Shown: piece after piece, positions 49,210 to 62,957 of the stretch | Position numbering within the stretch: the first letter of the stretch is position 1 | How the letters are laid out: the number at the start of each line of letters is the position of its first letter | DNA from: Podarcis bocagei | Taxonomy: Eukaryota | DNA length: 64,000 bases | Assembly (NCBI GenBank): GCA_964188305.1 | Contig: OZ076885.1 | Direction: 5' to 3' (one strand) | Translations under genes and position numbers: made by a program | Notes under the pieces: model-generated | Database searches by the model: none | Told to the model about the DNA's origin: nothing | What the model saw: only the letters and a program-made list of their open reading frames with translations

Positions 49210-52200
49210 CTGGAAATGAAGCACATACGGTTGCATGTAAGTATGCTAGACCTTGAAAACTCCAAAATGACACTTTTAAAGCAGACTCCTCTGAAAAGCC
49301 ATGGTGATGATGGCACTGAAGGTGGGATTTGTGTGCAAAATGTGGCAAAGAAAGAACTAGGTGGGATCTGGGCAAACGTGCATCTGATGTGAAAATGGCC
49401 TCAGCACCTAGCCCACATCCTGACTCTTCCTCTGATTCTCTGAGCCATGGATCTGGCTTTTTTAGTATCAAGGAAGTTTTGAAGGAACAATGCTGGCCTT
49501 TTCCATTCATTCAGTCCTCTTTACTTAATAACTTTGCTATATATAGAATATTTATTGATGAGGATCTTGCTTTCTCTGGTGTAGAAAAGATGCCTCCTTC
49601 CTTACATTTTTTTTAGCACATTCTGTATTGTATAGTAAGTTTCAAAATAACAGTGTGTCAAATAGCTCAGTATTGTGGAACATTATCAATATTGCAGAGT
49701 GGATAGATGCATTTTAGACATCACATTTCCAATAGCAGTTCACCTTAATAAAAAATGGTTATTTCTATATGAAGAGCTTAGGGCGGAGCCGACATGCAGA
49801 AGCCACTTTTCACAAACATTTTGATCCCATGAGAAGCACTATGAACCATGGTCACCCAACTAAGTGTCAAGGAAATATATCCTGCCCTCTGCATGTCTAT
49901 ATAGCATCACTATGCAGTCAATTCTAATTACCTATGGTGGCATCGGCATGAACCAAGCACAGGAAGTGTTTCCCATCACTCTGAACCAGCTTGCTGGTGT
50001 CATGTAGCCAAATCTGACAGGCTACATGGAAATTTGCCATCCTTTATCTGATACCTCACTGGCTTGGATCATGTAATAAGGGAGAAGAAAACTGTGCTGA
50101 AGGAACAGCCAAGGGGATAAAAATGAGTTCCCTGGGTGACCAGTGAACGTAAATGGGCACTCATTTTCCTTAGTAATGGAGTTAATTGATAACAAAGTAC
50201 ACCCCACTTGGAAAATAAATACATTTTTTTAAAATGAACTGTGGAAGTAAAAATAAAGAGAAGGAGTGCAAAAAAGGCAGCCATGAAATTGAAGGCATCT
50301 GACAGGTAAATAAGATATGCCAGCTTAGAAATAAGGCAGCTTGGAAATGCTGATCTTCATAATAGGTGGCTGCTATATCAACGTACACTTCACCTGCAGA
50401 TTAATATGGAATAGGAGTGCCCAAACTAAAAAAAGCAGAAAAGTGTCTAAGCAGCAAACTTAATGAAATGCAAAATGCCAAGGTTGCTTTTCTGCAAAGC
50501 ATTTGACACAGTTGCACGGCATGATAATCCCTCTGACTAGGATTCAGATGTTGCCCTACTTAATGTAATCTTCATGCCCTGTTTCAGATCAATAATTTTT
50601 AATAACCCCAAGTCAACATTTGTAAAATGCCTGAAGGATCCAGAGGAATATTTTGTTAGCTCAGGTGTGCTTTAACACATTTTCTCATTTTACCATAATA
50701 GATTGCTTAACCATGCATTTCTGTTCGACATTGTACCATGTAAGAAAATCACTAATGTGCAACTTGTATAAATAGAAATCAGTAGCAGCAGGTGACAACA
50801 TCTGGGAGATCTTCACCTTTTCCCAGGACACAAGTTAACCTGAGTGACAGGAAAAAGCTTATGGGTTAATTAATACCCCTCAAGGCACAGCAGATTTTTC
50901 TGGCTGAGCCCCTTCCCACTGTGCTAAAAAGCCCAAACAAATATGTGCATATATTGCATGGATTATTCTCACTGTATTGAAGAAATAGTTGCTATCAGTT
51001 ACTATACTGATGTCTGGCATGAAGGTGTACCAACCACAGACTGATCAGAAGCAGGTTAACCACCAGGGGTGGCCCAGTTTTCAGAATACCTGGTTAAAAA
51101 CAGTAAATGCAAGTTGCAGCACGCATTTCATAGCACCAACTTTGTGCCACGAATGTTTACCAGCTTGAATATTCTGAATGATTAGCCATTATCACTACTT
51201 TAAACACCACCATTCTTGATTTGACTTTGCAAAGCATACTCAGGAGTTCTAGCAAATACATGTTGTTGTTGTTGTTGTTATACTTATTTATACTATATCC
51301 TGCCCTTTTCCCCAGACCAAGACTCAAGGCGGCTTCCAGATACAATAGAAAAAATTAAAATAGCCTTGGGAAGAGCAAAACATTCTGTACATGCAACTGA
51401 GATAAAGTCTCTTTCATAGCTCAGGGTATCATACTGATAAATATGCTGCAGATTACAAAATGCTTAAAATGCTACCTTATTATAGTAATGTAACTCATAT
51501 TAGCAATGACAGATCATTCTAATGTTTAGTTACAAGAGCATCTGAGCTACTGTGAAACATGCAAGATATTTTTTTTTAAGTAACCAACCATTTAAAATTA
51601 ACCAGATGCCTTGTATCTTATTTTCCAGCAGATCAGTTCATATGTGTGAGGCTCATTTTTAGGTGTCCTCGTTTGGGCATCTACAGTATGTGCTTACATT
51701 CAGAGTAGTCCTTTCTTCTCCCACTCCCAACTATCCAACTATCCATCCATCCATCCAGTGTAGACAATGGTGCATAATAAGCTATACCCCCCACCTCATC
51801 AGTTTTTGAATCTTGTCAGGCGGATGATGTTCACACAGCTCCAGTGACTTGTATTTGAGAAAGTAAGAAATATTTTAAGTAGCTGCTGGGGGTGAAACAG
51901 TTCCAAGAAAGACATCAAGGAAGAGTTTGTGCTGTAGGAGTCTTTCTAGCTCCATTTGCATCAATATATTCCTCACAGCAGCAGCAGGGTGGAAGGAAAG
52001 TAGCGTTATCTGTGTTTAGAACTGGGGAAAGGCAGAATGATATAGGAGGCGCTTGGACTCTGGAGGAAACATAATGCTGCCTGCTGCAGCCAGTTTTTAT
52101 GGATTGGAGGGAAGATATAAAAAGGGCTGTGAAGCCAACAATGATATTGGCTGCCTCCTGTGATTTGAGAGGAATGGTAGCTGAAGGTGTTGTGGTCCTG

Positions 52201-53393
52201 GTCGTCATTCCTACAGGGGACTCTGGGCCTGGGTATGGGAAAGAGGAGTGACCCATGGAATCTGAAGGGCATGTAAATCTAACAGAAGAACTCTTCAGCC
52301 AGTGGCTGCCACACGATGCCTTCTGGGAGCAGGAGGGGGTCATTGGTGGACTCCTGGTGAGGCCTATTACATGAATACATTGCTTCCCACTTTTTTTAAA
52401 AAAGAAGTAGTAGTCTTGAAGTGTTTACAATCAAATAAATCATGTATATTAATAGGTAATAAAATGAAAGCCTGGAGTGGAGAAAAATGCAGAGACTTTG
52501 CAGCTTTGAGGCAGAGGAGGCCATGGAGGCCATGACTCTGTGGAACTGTTGCCTCCCTTTGGAAAGACAGCTTCCAGAAAGCACTGGAATGTAAAATGTA
52601 GATTTAGACACTATGAGCAGATTCTTTGTACCTCAGCATCACAGGGATTTCTTTATTAAATACACACCCATCCCTATTTTTTAGAAACAATGTCCTTAGT
52701 GTCATTATTACTCCTGTCCAGCATTGAGCAACAGTGTCTGGATGAAGGAAGCATGGGTTGATTTCTTTAAAAATATATATAAAAAATGCTGAGCTTAACA
52801 GCAGCATTCCCATGGATTCCCACCTGTGGACAGAAATTCTAATTTCAGGCCCCACTGCTCTCTAGTGCATCACGTTCTCTTCACCCCCACCCTCCCAATT
52901 ACTGAGAGCCCAAGCAGCAATTATTTCATACTGAGGAAAGCCTCCTAGGCAGTGTCTTGATATTGGTAAGTAAATATTTCTGACCTTTCTGATGATTGCT
53001 TCCCTCCTCCCCACTAACAAGGGAGAAGAAGCTGTAAAGAAATGACAAAATATCCAATTGTTTCCCACTGGGTGAAACTTCTAATTTCATGCCTTGATAA
53101 TCATTCTCTACAGATAGCGCGGAGCTGGAAATTGAATGTAAATAGAGAGCACCTAATCTATAAGGTCATTTGCAGGAGCCCCGCTTTCTCCTGGGGAAAA
53201 GATGTGATTGATTGTACTACTAGATGAGGACAGCTTAATACTGGGCTAGGACATTATTCAGTACATGAACTGGCCATGAAAGTGAACGTTACATGGAGAC
53301 TTTATTTTAGGATAAGTCCTGGATGTGACTATATCAAAGGCACACCTGCCAGGGGAGAGACTAATTTGGGATCAGATCTGAATTGTTTTAGAT

Positions 53394-53693
53394 CATGGGT
53401 AGGTAAACTACCCATGCGGCCCAATCACCTTCTAAATTCCTGACGGTCTGGGAATCAGCATGTTTTTACATGAGTAGAATGTGTCCTTTTATTTAAAATG
53501 CACCTCTGGGTTATTTGTGGGGCCTGCCTGCTGTTTTTACATGAGTAGAAGGTGTGCTTTTATTTAAAATGCATCTCTGGGTTATTTGTGGGGCATAGGA
53601 AATCGTTCATTCCCCCCCCAATATAGTCTGGCCCCCCACAAGGTCTGGGGGACAGTGGACCGGCCCCCTGCTGAAAAAGTTTGCTGACCCCTG
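53394..53693. mobile_element. hAT (Charlie/OC1-like) MITE with perfect 8-bp TSD
   Basis: TSD ttttagat at 53386-53393 and 53694-53701. Termini catgggtaggtaaact / agtttgctgacccctg. Internal tandem duplication with a ~72-bp period. Confidence 0.9.
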
Positions 53694-55327
53694 TTTTAGA
53701 TTAACATTCAATTTTAGAAATTTGTCTTATGCTGTATAAATAAAATCATTATACATGGCTGTACTTCTTCATTTATATTTTCTGTGTTTCAGTTATTTCC
53801 CTTCCCTTCCACCATCCCAAAATAAAGCACCTTGCTGTCTGATCTGCTGAAGCTCTTTTAAGCTGGCAGCATTTCATATCGACTAGCAAACTGACCTGGC
53901 ATGCTGCTGAGCAGAAGAAAGCATTTGCAATATCAAGGCATTACTTTCCAAGCTTAAAAACAGAAATCAAGAGCAAAGGAGTAAATCAGCAGTTTAAGAT
54001 GCTGAGATAATAATTAGGCGTGACAAAGGTATAGGTTGCTAAAATACCATATTTTGCAGGACGATACAAAATCTTAAGCTGCAATGGGAAATGACATAAC
54101 ATGCACGTATGGGACAGAAAAACCACATAGTCAGGTCTTGGCCTACTGTTGATTATGTAGCAGTTCTGCTGCTGAACAGAGAGGCTGTTGTTCTAATGGG
54201 TTGTTATTATTGGGGTGACCAAGCATTTATAGGCCCTACATCACCATAAAGGCTGCAGCCTTTGAATCCTCCAGGTATCCTAGGATCGGCTGTGCAGGGG
54301 CTCCTACCACTCACAAAAGATCACATGGGTGGGAATTGTGGAAATCAAGAATGAAGAAAATGCATGTCATATATGGACAATAAGGTAATCTACTATTCAT
54401 TTTAACGCTGACTGATTTTGTGATTGTAATAATCAATTCACCCTTGGCACTGGCACATCAAATTATGTCAAATATTGTGGGCGCCAGCCACACCTTCATA
54501 TAAGTTAAACAGCCAGTTATTAACTTGCTTTGTCAAAGCAAAGAACAGGAACCCCTCACAACCTGGGATGAACTTGTCAATAGAGATAGAATTCCAATTA
54601 GCTTTTACAAAGGCTACATGAGGCAGAAGCAGATCAACAGGGAAAGTCATCATTTCCATTGTTAAAACTAATGACCACTGTATGATTTTAAATTGAGCAG
54701 AACAGAAACACTGTGTATATAATCCCAGGCAGGAATTGTCAGACAGCAAAGGAAGAGCTTTTGGTTTATGTAGAGATGAAAGAATTGGCCCTATGCCCAC
54801 AGAGCCATTCGATGAAGCAATCTCAAGAGAATAACCTTTGGGTCAATTACCTGTATTATCCATTTAGTTAACATAGAAGCAAAGGGGGTGGGGGAGTATT
54901 AATACAAAAATTGTACAACTTGGGGATAAAAATTATACTATTTGAGAATCAAAAATACCCTACTGCTGAGTCTAAAACAGCAAACTACAGTGGTCAAAAT
55001 AAAAATGGTTTTCTTAATTGTTAATATTCTCTTCTGCTGCTTTATGGTTTTGTTGGTTTGATGTTTTAATAGTGATTATGCACACTGGGAAACTGGAGTG
55101 TGTGTTAATTGTTAGGAATTGGAGTGTGATCAGTTTGTATTATGCTCTAGTGCATGCAGTTTTTATGTTATTTCTTTGTGTTATTGTAAGTCACCTTGAG
55201 ACCTTTGTGATAAATGTGATGAATAAATAATCAGAATAAAATGGTGAAATTTATCTATCTGAATTACTATTCTCAGCAAAGATTTCACTACACTACTAAT
55301 CAAATCTATACTGCTGACCTTGTTTCA

Positions 55328-55464
55328 CAACCTTCACCAACCCAGTGACCGCCAGATGTTTTGGACTACAAGTCCCATCAGCCTCAGTCAGCATGCCATA
55401 CTGGCTAGGCATGTTGGGAGTTGTAGTCCATAAAGTCTGGAGGGCACCAGGATGGTGAAGGCTA
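55328..55464. mobile_element. Palindromic short MITE-like repeat (ggactacaa/ttgtagtcc family)
   Basis: ccttcaccaacc...ggactacaagtccca ... tgggagttgtagtcc...ggatggtgaagg. Degraded relatives lie near 19795-19910, 20815-20935, 25140-25205 and 43660-43760. Confidence 0.75.
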
Positions 55465-58400
55465 TTGTATGGTGGCTGTCGGGAATGTTTCTCAGCCCTG
55501 GGCACAATGGCACATTATGTGATACAATACCAAGATGGTAGCTCCTTAATTACCTAATTTAGCTTGGTATATTGCACACATCTTGGACACATCTTGACAA
55601 AGCACTAGTTAAGGAAGGATAGAACCAAATAGGAGCCCAATAGGAACCCAATGTGACCATCATGATAACCTGGAATCAACTCAAGTGGTGGATTGTATGA
55701 GAAATTAAGTCATACCAAGCTTGTTCAGGCTGACATCTGCATTTGGACTGAAAATGCAATTGGAAAACACTATGAGATCATTATGCTCCATACAGTGTTC
55801 GAAACCCCCATTGTTCTAGGTGCCTTTTGTGACAGGGAGTTTCATTAGCACAAGCAATTTCTGGGCTTTGGGCACAGTACTGCGCCTAAAATTTCAGATT
55901 AAAACTGCAGAGTGGAAGGAAAGGAGGACCTTTTTCTGTCTCCCCACTTTCAGCTACTCTCTGGAGAAGAGACCCTCCTAAGAATATTAGGGGGGTTGGC
56001 AGGGGAAGGACTAGACCATGTGAAAAATGAACATAATATTTTAGCTGCAGTTCATTCATTTTCAGCTCTGTATGCTTGTTATATAAAAAAAAAAACCATG
56101 CCTAGATATTCCATTGTTGTGCCCATAACCTAGGATTAAGGTGCCATTTAGCTCCTAGCTTTCATATCTGAGTTTTCTAACACTGGCTACATAAAAACTA
56201 CACATGTCATTTCCTCTCCTTTCCAGACTCACTAACATGCAATAACTTGTTTTAATGCCAGATCTAGCCTTAGAACATGGGAAGTGTGTGTTGAACATGA
56301 GCAGAGTGCTTTGCTCTCCCAGCTGTGTACTTGCACCTAGACTCTAAAACCTGGGAGTGAGGTGCATCGTCATTGCTGCCTCCGTTGCAGTTTTAGTTCC
56401 ATAAGTGTATAAACATAAATGTAAAGGTACCCCTGACCAGTATACCCAAACCCAAATGTAGAAGGATCTGTCAAACTGGATATAACATAGTCTTCTTGCT
56501 CATGGAGTTATTCCATGTTTGTTAGTCAAAGGACGTTGAGGAAAGACTATTCAAATTTTCTACTGTGCTGTCTACAAGACTGACCTGAAACTGGAAAATA
56601 GTGAATATATGCACCACCTGTTGCTTAAACTAAAAGTGTGATTTAAAGTTTCATTTCTGATTAGTGTCGGGCTGAGGTATTCAGCCCAACAACTTCTTTA
56701 AGTTGGGTGGAGGAATAATGGCCACTTAAGATTTTTGTGATCTTTCAAGGCTAGGTGGAATTTCTAAAATAAAAATAAAAATCCAGAGACAGCTTGCCTG
56801 ACAGATGAGAGGGGGCAGAGAGTTGTAGTTCAGTTAGTATTTATTTTCCCTTAAAAAAAAAAATAAGCCACTGAGTTTCAATAAGAGGCAGCAAGCTCTT
56901 ATAAGTGACCCTCAAAAGTGGCCCAGTGGGAGCAATGCCATTTCAGAAAAGCAAATACCATGGGACCACTCTTAATGGGCCAGCCCAATTAAGAGCTCTT
57001 GCCTTCTTTGCCTAAAGCTCATCAAAAGGGGAAGCAGAGTGCTGCCCAGAAAATGCAGACAAGACAACCCCCAAGGCAAATAAATGCCAGTTCTGTTTGC
57101 AGTTCTATTAGGACGTCAATGAAACAAACAGCCCACGAGATCAGTTATCAAAGTCAGCATTTGTCATAGACTTAAGGTTCAGATCTCTCTTTCACAAGGA
57201 ATCCCGCTGGGAGACAAGCTGGGGTTCATATTCATAACATGCAAAGATGGCACAGTGTTTACAAACCTCATTTCAAAATCAAGGAAAGCAGAAGGGGACA
57301 AAGATAAAAAATCTGGGGTCATAAACCGCATGCAGTACCCATCTGCAGAATATTTCACAGGGCACAGACATGGCACAGCCTACATCCTGACTGACCCTTC
57401 CTTTCCCTGCCAAAGTATATGGAAGAATAAAAAAGAACGAGCAACCGTCTGTACAGACCTCATGAACAGATTGCTAATTTGATGCATTTCAAGAGAGCTC
57501 GACTCTTCTCTCTCCGACAGCCTCATTTGTTTACTCATCCATAGGACAATTTTAACTGGGTAGTTCTAATGTCCTGCTATACACCTGAGAATCTGTGGTA
57601 CATATTACATATAAAACTTCATCATGCTTAAGCAGAGACCAAGAAAGAGGCACATTTAGATTTTGGGAACAGCTCCAAAAAACACACCTCCTTCTGTGGA
57701 GGTGTTGTTGTTGTTGTTTTGTCCTAGCAAGTGTTAACTAATTAAAATAGTTGTAGTTCTGCCTAGCTGCTTGATCACAGGGTTCAAAGGCAACTGATAA
57801 TATGCAAAAATCAATACATAATAACTGCATGATTTTTTTAAAAAGGCAGTAGCGACTTACAAAGGCATTGGGGGTGGGCGCAATGATGGTGTAAAAATGT
57901 TTCTCTCAGCCTTAGATGTTCATTTATGACTTTGCAGTGTCCATGGTGAACATAAACGAGAATGCCCCCCACCCAACACACCCTGATGTGTGCTGCTTTG
58001 CAGAACCAGGTGTTTTTGCTCCTGGGAATGAATGGGTTATCATCTCACCCAGGCAGGTGGGTGATCTGCAACTCCTGCCTCTTCCTGGTGGCAGGGAAGG
58101 CCTAATGAAGGCTCTGTGGGAGGGGAAGTGATAACAGAAAATATCCACTCCATGGACCTTAATGACACTTTTTCAACTCTCCTATGCTTGGAAAAAACAC
58201 TTTAGTAAAGTAGTGTTGGTTTCAAATAGACCACAATTGAATCACAGTATTAAAAACATAGGACTGTCACCTGACAATCAGTTGATCATGGAATGGTTAT
58301 TTTCCCGGCCCAGGACTCCTCGGAGGCAGAGTCCTGTGGCAACAGGAGCTCTGAGAAGGACCCACTCCTTAGCCCAACCAATCCCAAGTGAATCTGCAGA

Positions 58401-61400
58401 CACTTCAACCTCTACTGAGCCCCAAGGAGATATTTCTGCCATCAGACTTTGATGGGTGGCCCACAGACTCTTGGGGGGCTTAAGAAACCCCAAGGGAAAA
58501 TCCCCACAGCTGGGAACTCCATTACCCGGAAGGAACCAACAGCTGCAGAAGGAGGCACTCAAAGGGCAAGGCCTCCAGTTAATGATTACGTAGCCTTCCT
58601 ATATTTAAAGCACATTGTTTTCCCCAAAGAATCCTGGGAACTGTTGTTTACCACTCACAGATTTACAATTCTCATAATCCTTAAACTACAGCTCCAATGA
58701 AAGTAATATGCTTCAAATGTATATAGTACATATGCAGCCTAACATGGTATACTCAAGACCTAACACCGTATACTCAACGAGATAACTTAGCTGACTGAGC
58801 ACTATCCATGGTCCTGAAACCACACATTGGTCTTGCGCTTTTGTTAAATTTTTGCTATTGCTCATTTTATAACTGATTGTTTTGAGAATTTATATCATTA
58901 TTTTTATTGGTAGAATTTCAACTTTCAACTTTGAATGCTGTCACAGAAAAGTAAATCAAATCATTTTATTAATAATAAAACACAAAGCCAATGGGTATCA
59001 TTCTCCTAATTATTATATTCCTGACTTCTTGTAGCTGCACTCATTCCCCGGTGAATCTTTGGATGCCATCACTTTGGATATGTTGCCTTCCCAAACTTTC
59101 TAGAAATGACCTTTCTACCTTTCACCCTTCGGGGTTATTTTTTCCTGCAGGTAACTTGGCTCGCCTTTTGATTCCACCCTCTGAGAGACAGTACCGTCCT
59201 GACCTTCCTTTTGGTAATGCACTCTTGGAGGTTGGCCCTTCCTATAGTAAGAAAAAATCAGAACTGAAAAACCACTATCTCTTGCCTTAACTACTGCATC
59301 AATGCAAAGCAACTAAAGTGGTGCTTACTAGCCATTTCCATTGAAGTTATCTTAGGTCTTGATGCCTTACCTGTGCATTTTTCAACTCAAAACTGCCTAG
59401 AGATTTACTTGGCAAACCAGGGCTAAAATATTAACAAGCTTTTATCTTAACTGCTGCAAGAACAGCAACTTAATACCTGCTTTATAAGCACTATTCCAAG
59501 CTTCTCCTGTTGGATGAAAAGGTCTCTTTCCCTTAGGTAATCATTTTGCACTGTTTTTAAATCCATCTTTAGTTGTTATTGTTTTGTACTGTTTTAAAAA
59601 TTATTTCAGCTGCTTTTATATGTTTGCAAATCACCTTGAGACACATGAAAAAGGCAGTTAATACATTCACTGAGGAGGAAGGAGAATTTTTTTTACGTAT
59701 GTTCACAGAATGCAGTACCTTACTTAATCTGTTTTTAAACTCACATTCTCCAATAGTGATACAAACATGGTGTGTTAACTGTATCTTCATATCATATTAT
59801 TTTGAATATATGTCTGTGTTCACTTGAACCTTATTTTTTGGATGTACAGGATTTTTAACGCCCCCTATCACTTACATTAGCCCAATTTATTTACAAATGA
59901 ACCCAATTTATTTGTCTGTTTATTACACATTTTCAAACTGCCCCATACAAAATAAAAAAATGCTCAAAGGGTGATTTACAAAAATAAAGTAACATAAAAC
60001 ATGGCAGGATTTGCCTAACCAGTACCAACAAACATCTACTTGTGCAACAGGGCTTTTTCCTCTCTCCTCCTCCCGTGCACTACCTCAAATTGGCTTGGGG
60101 GGAGTCGGGGGAACCCCCAGAACAGTGCAAGAGGGAGGAGGGGAGGTCATTCCCTCTGGTGACATACACAGACAGAACATCTAGAAGAGTGATGCTGAAT
60201 TCCTCTCATAATGCATAGCACACAATGTCCTTTTTAATAGAATTGTACCTTTTTAGGGTCAGTTAGGCCCCCAAATATGTAGGAAGCTTACAACTAGTGA
60301 ATGGCAAAGAATGAATTTACAATTGCAATTTCTGCTTAAGGATAAATGCTATGTTCCATGCCATCAAGTAAGGAGAGGAAACCATCTGAACAAGTGGCAA
60401 GTCCACCGAGCACAAAACTTCTTAGCCTAGTTTTTCCTTTATTTTTCACAAGGCCCAGGGCAAGAAGCTGCTTCCCCAGAGTGCTCACAAATAAACAGAA
60501 CAGGCTGTATGTAGTGCAGTCATATTCATATCACCAATTTTAATCACACTTAAAGCACATAGCTTCCCCCACAGAATCATGGAAACTGTAATTTCTTAAG
60601 GGTGCTGGGAACTGTAGCTCTGAGGGGTAAACTACAGTTCCCAGGATTTGACTGCTAAAGTGAGATTATACATACACACACACATACACACACAGAGAGA
60701 GAGAGAGTAGATAAAACATACTTTGCATTAAGCCAAATGCAGCAATGGCTAAAACAAGTTGCAGCACATTCTGCCATTTCAGGAAATGGTGAAATAAAGG
60801 TCCATACACTAATTGGAAACAAAGAAGAAAATGGGTTCTATTTCACTTTAAAACCCTTATGTTCACCTGAAGCCAGATGTTTTCTCAGGAGTGGCTCCTT
60901 GCTCGACAAGCTCAGACACCACACCACAGAAACTGCATTTAATGGATCTAGATGGCAAGTCAGGCAAGCTAAGCCATTGTCAATTATGATTAAGGTTACC
61001 CAGAAGTGGCCTCTGTCACAAGTGGTGAGTTGTCTCATCATTCACCAGAATGAGCAAAGACTCCCACAAAACGGTAGATCTGTCACAAATGATAAAGGGG
61101 TTAGGGGCAACTCCATGGGCTGTGCTGGACAGGATAACTTCTCACTTACTTTGCTTTCATTTGTTTTTGATTGCCCTCTCTTCAAAAGGGCAATCCATTC
61201 CTCTCCTAAAGTAGTTTCACCAGCATGCTAGTGACAGAAATAATTCTTTGCCAGTATAACATGCCAAAATAAAATAAAATAAAGTCTTCTGAAGTAAGAG
61301 AAATATCTAATAAAATATGTGACCCACCGCTTTTCAGGGCAGATAAAAATATTTAGACATGCCCCCAGTAAAATTCAAAATTTGTAGAATTCTTCCATGA

Positions 61401-62679
61401 TGGATAGAATATTGACATTGGCCAGACAAGTTTTCCAGACACCCTAATAGCCAAAAATAATGGGAAATATGGTCAAAATTCAGAAGACCCATCTTGTTAT
61501 ACTGGGGAGGGCTCCATCAAACAGCAGGCCAAGCAATGTTCTGGAACAGAGGGTGAAGAAGTCCCCCCTACACACCTTTGATCCAGTCTCAAGGTGTGTG
61601 GGGGGGGGGAATCTGCAGTGGTAGGCAAGGATATTAGCCTTAAAATGGGATGAACCACATGTGCAACAGAGGTTTTTTGTTTTTACAAGAGCAACAACAA
61701 CCACCATCAGATTGGGGGAAAGGGGTTTTTCCATTTGCAGCAAAGGAAATTGTGTGGCTGTTGAGAAAACATTTTAAAGTGATGTGGTACCCTTTCATCA
61801 AACATGCAACAGAATATCAGTTACAGTGGCATCCACCAGACGCACACTTGAAACTCTGGAATTATGTTTTCCCATAGGAATCTGTGGCTCAGAGGAGGTG
61901 GGTGGGTGGAAACTGTTTATTAAAGGGGGTTGTATCTTTTTTCAGAAATTTCTTATTTGAAAAACCAATTAAAAATATTTTTTTAAGAGAAAATGCAACA
62001 TTTACTAACTTGTAAGCAGATCAAAAACAAATAAAAACATAATAAACATGAAAAATTGTGGCCCAAGCCAGCTCATTAAAAGCCAATCTTGAACATTTTG
62101 TCTTGTCTCAATAAAAGCAGGTGGAAGTTTAACAAATGGAAGGATGACATTATTATCTAGATGTCCTATGCAAGCTTTATTTTTCTCAGGTTAAAAAGCT
62201 ACCTATTCCACCATGCTGAGAATAAATCCAGAGTACCAGAGAGTTCCTGGCTGGTGGCAAGAAGTGATTTTAAATTCCTCTACAAAGGTTAAGAGCAATT
62301 TCTACAGAACCCCCCCCCTTTACCCCATTCATAACCAACAGCAAAGGAGAGATGATGAGGAAAGTGCCACCCTTGAAATTACTTTGGCCTTGTAGTTTTT
62401 AACTGTCACAGGCAATTTATTTGAAATATAATTCCTGATTTGCTGGCTTCATTAAGCTTTCACAAGTAATTTTAAACTTAAACCACCATTGGCAAATCCA
62501 TCATTTATTGATAGAAACATTAGGACAGTAATGGAGTGTGACTCACGATGAAATAAGATAGAAAGGTATGAATGGGTGGATGTAAAAAGACTCCTTTTCC
62601 CGCCCTGAACTTTTCCTGTGGCAAATCATGCACTATAGTCTCAGCCTTTTTAGGTGATGTTTAAGATCACCCTTAAAGC

Positions 62680-62957
62680 ACTGTCTCTGCAGTGCCTGGA
62701 GACAGGCAGCTGAGTTGTGTATCTATAGCAGTGACCAGAGGAGAAATGACCACTGGGAGGAGTGCAGAGAGAAGAAATGCTATGGTGCATCTGCAGCAGC
62801 ACAACTGGATGCCTTCATCTGCCCCAACTGCAACAAAGCATGTCTCTCCTGCATAGGTCTCTACAGCTACGGCAGGTGCTACAGTCATCTAACATACTGA
62901 CCTTACCCACAAAGGCACACTCCTCCATTGTCTCCTGAGACAGACGGATGCCAACAA
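62680..62957 (+). mobile_element. RTE-clade LINE 3' end (C-terminal Cys motif and 3' UTR)
   Basis: Encodes ...DAFICPNCNKACLSCIGLYSYGRC, a degenerate CxxC...IGLxSH motif. Ends in ccattgtctcctgagacagacggatgccaacaa. Confidence 0.75.

Noticed and set aside
54520-54570. FLFFALTK on the minus strand as the missing upstream TSPAN4 exon (expected ...ILFFxYTDK)
   Set aside because: Only superficial similarity. There is no preceding TM3 sequence and no correctly placed splice sites.
60737-61231. 164-aa plus-strand ORF antisense within TSPAN4 intron
   Set aside because: No recognisable homology or motifs.
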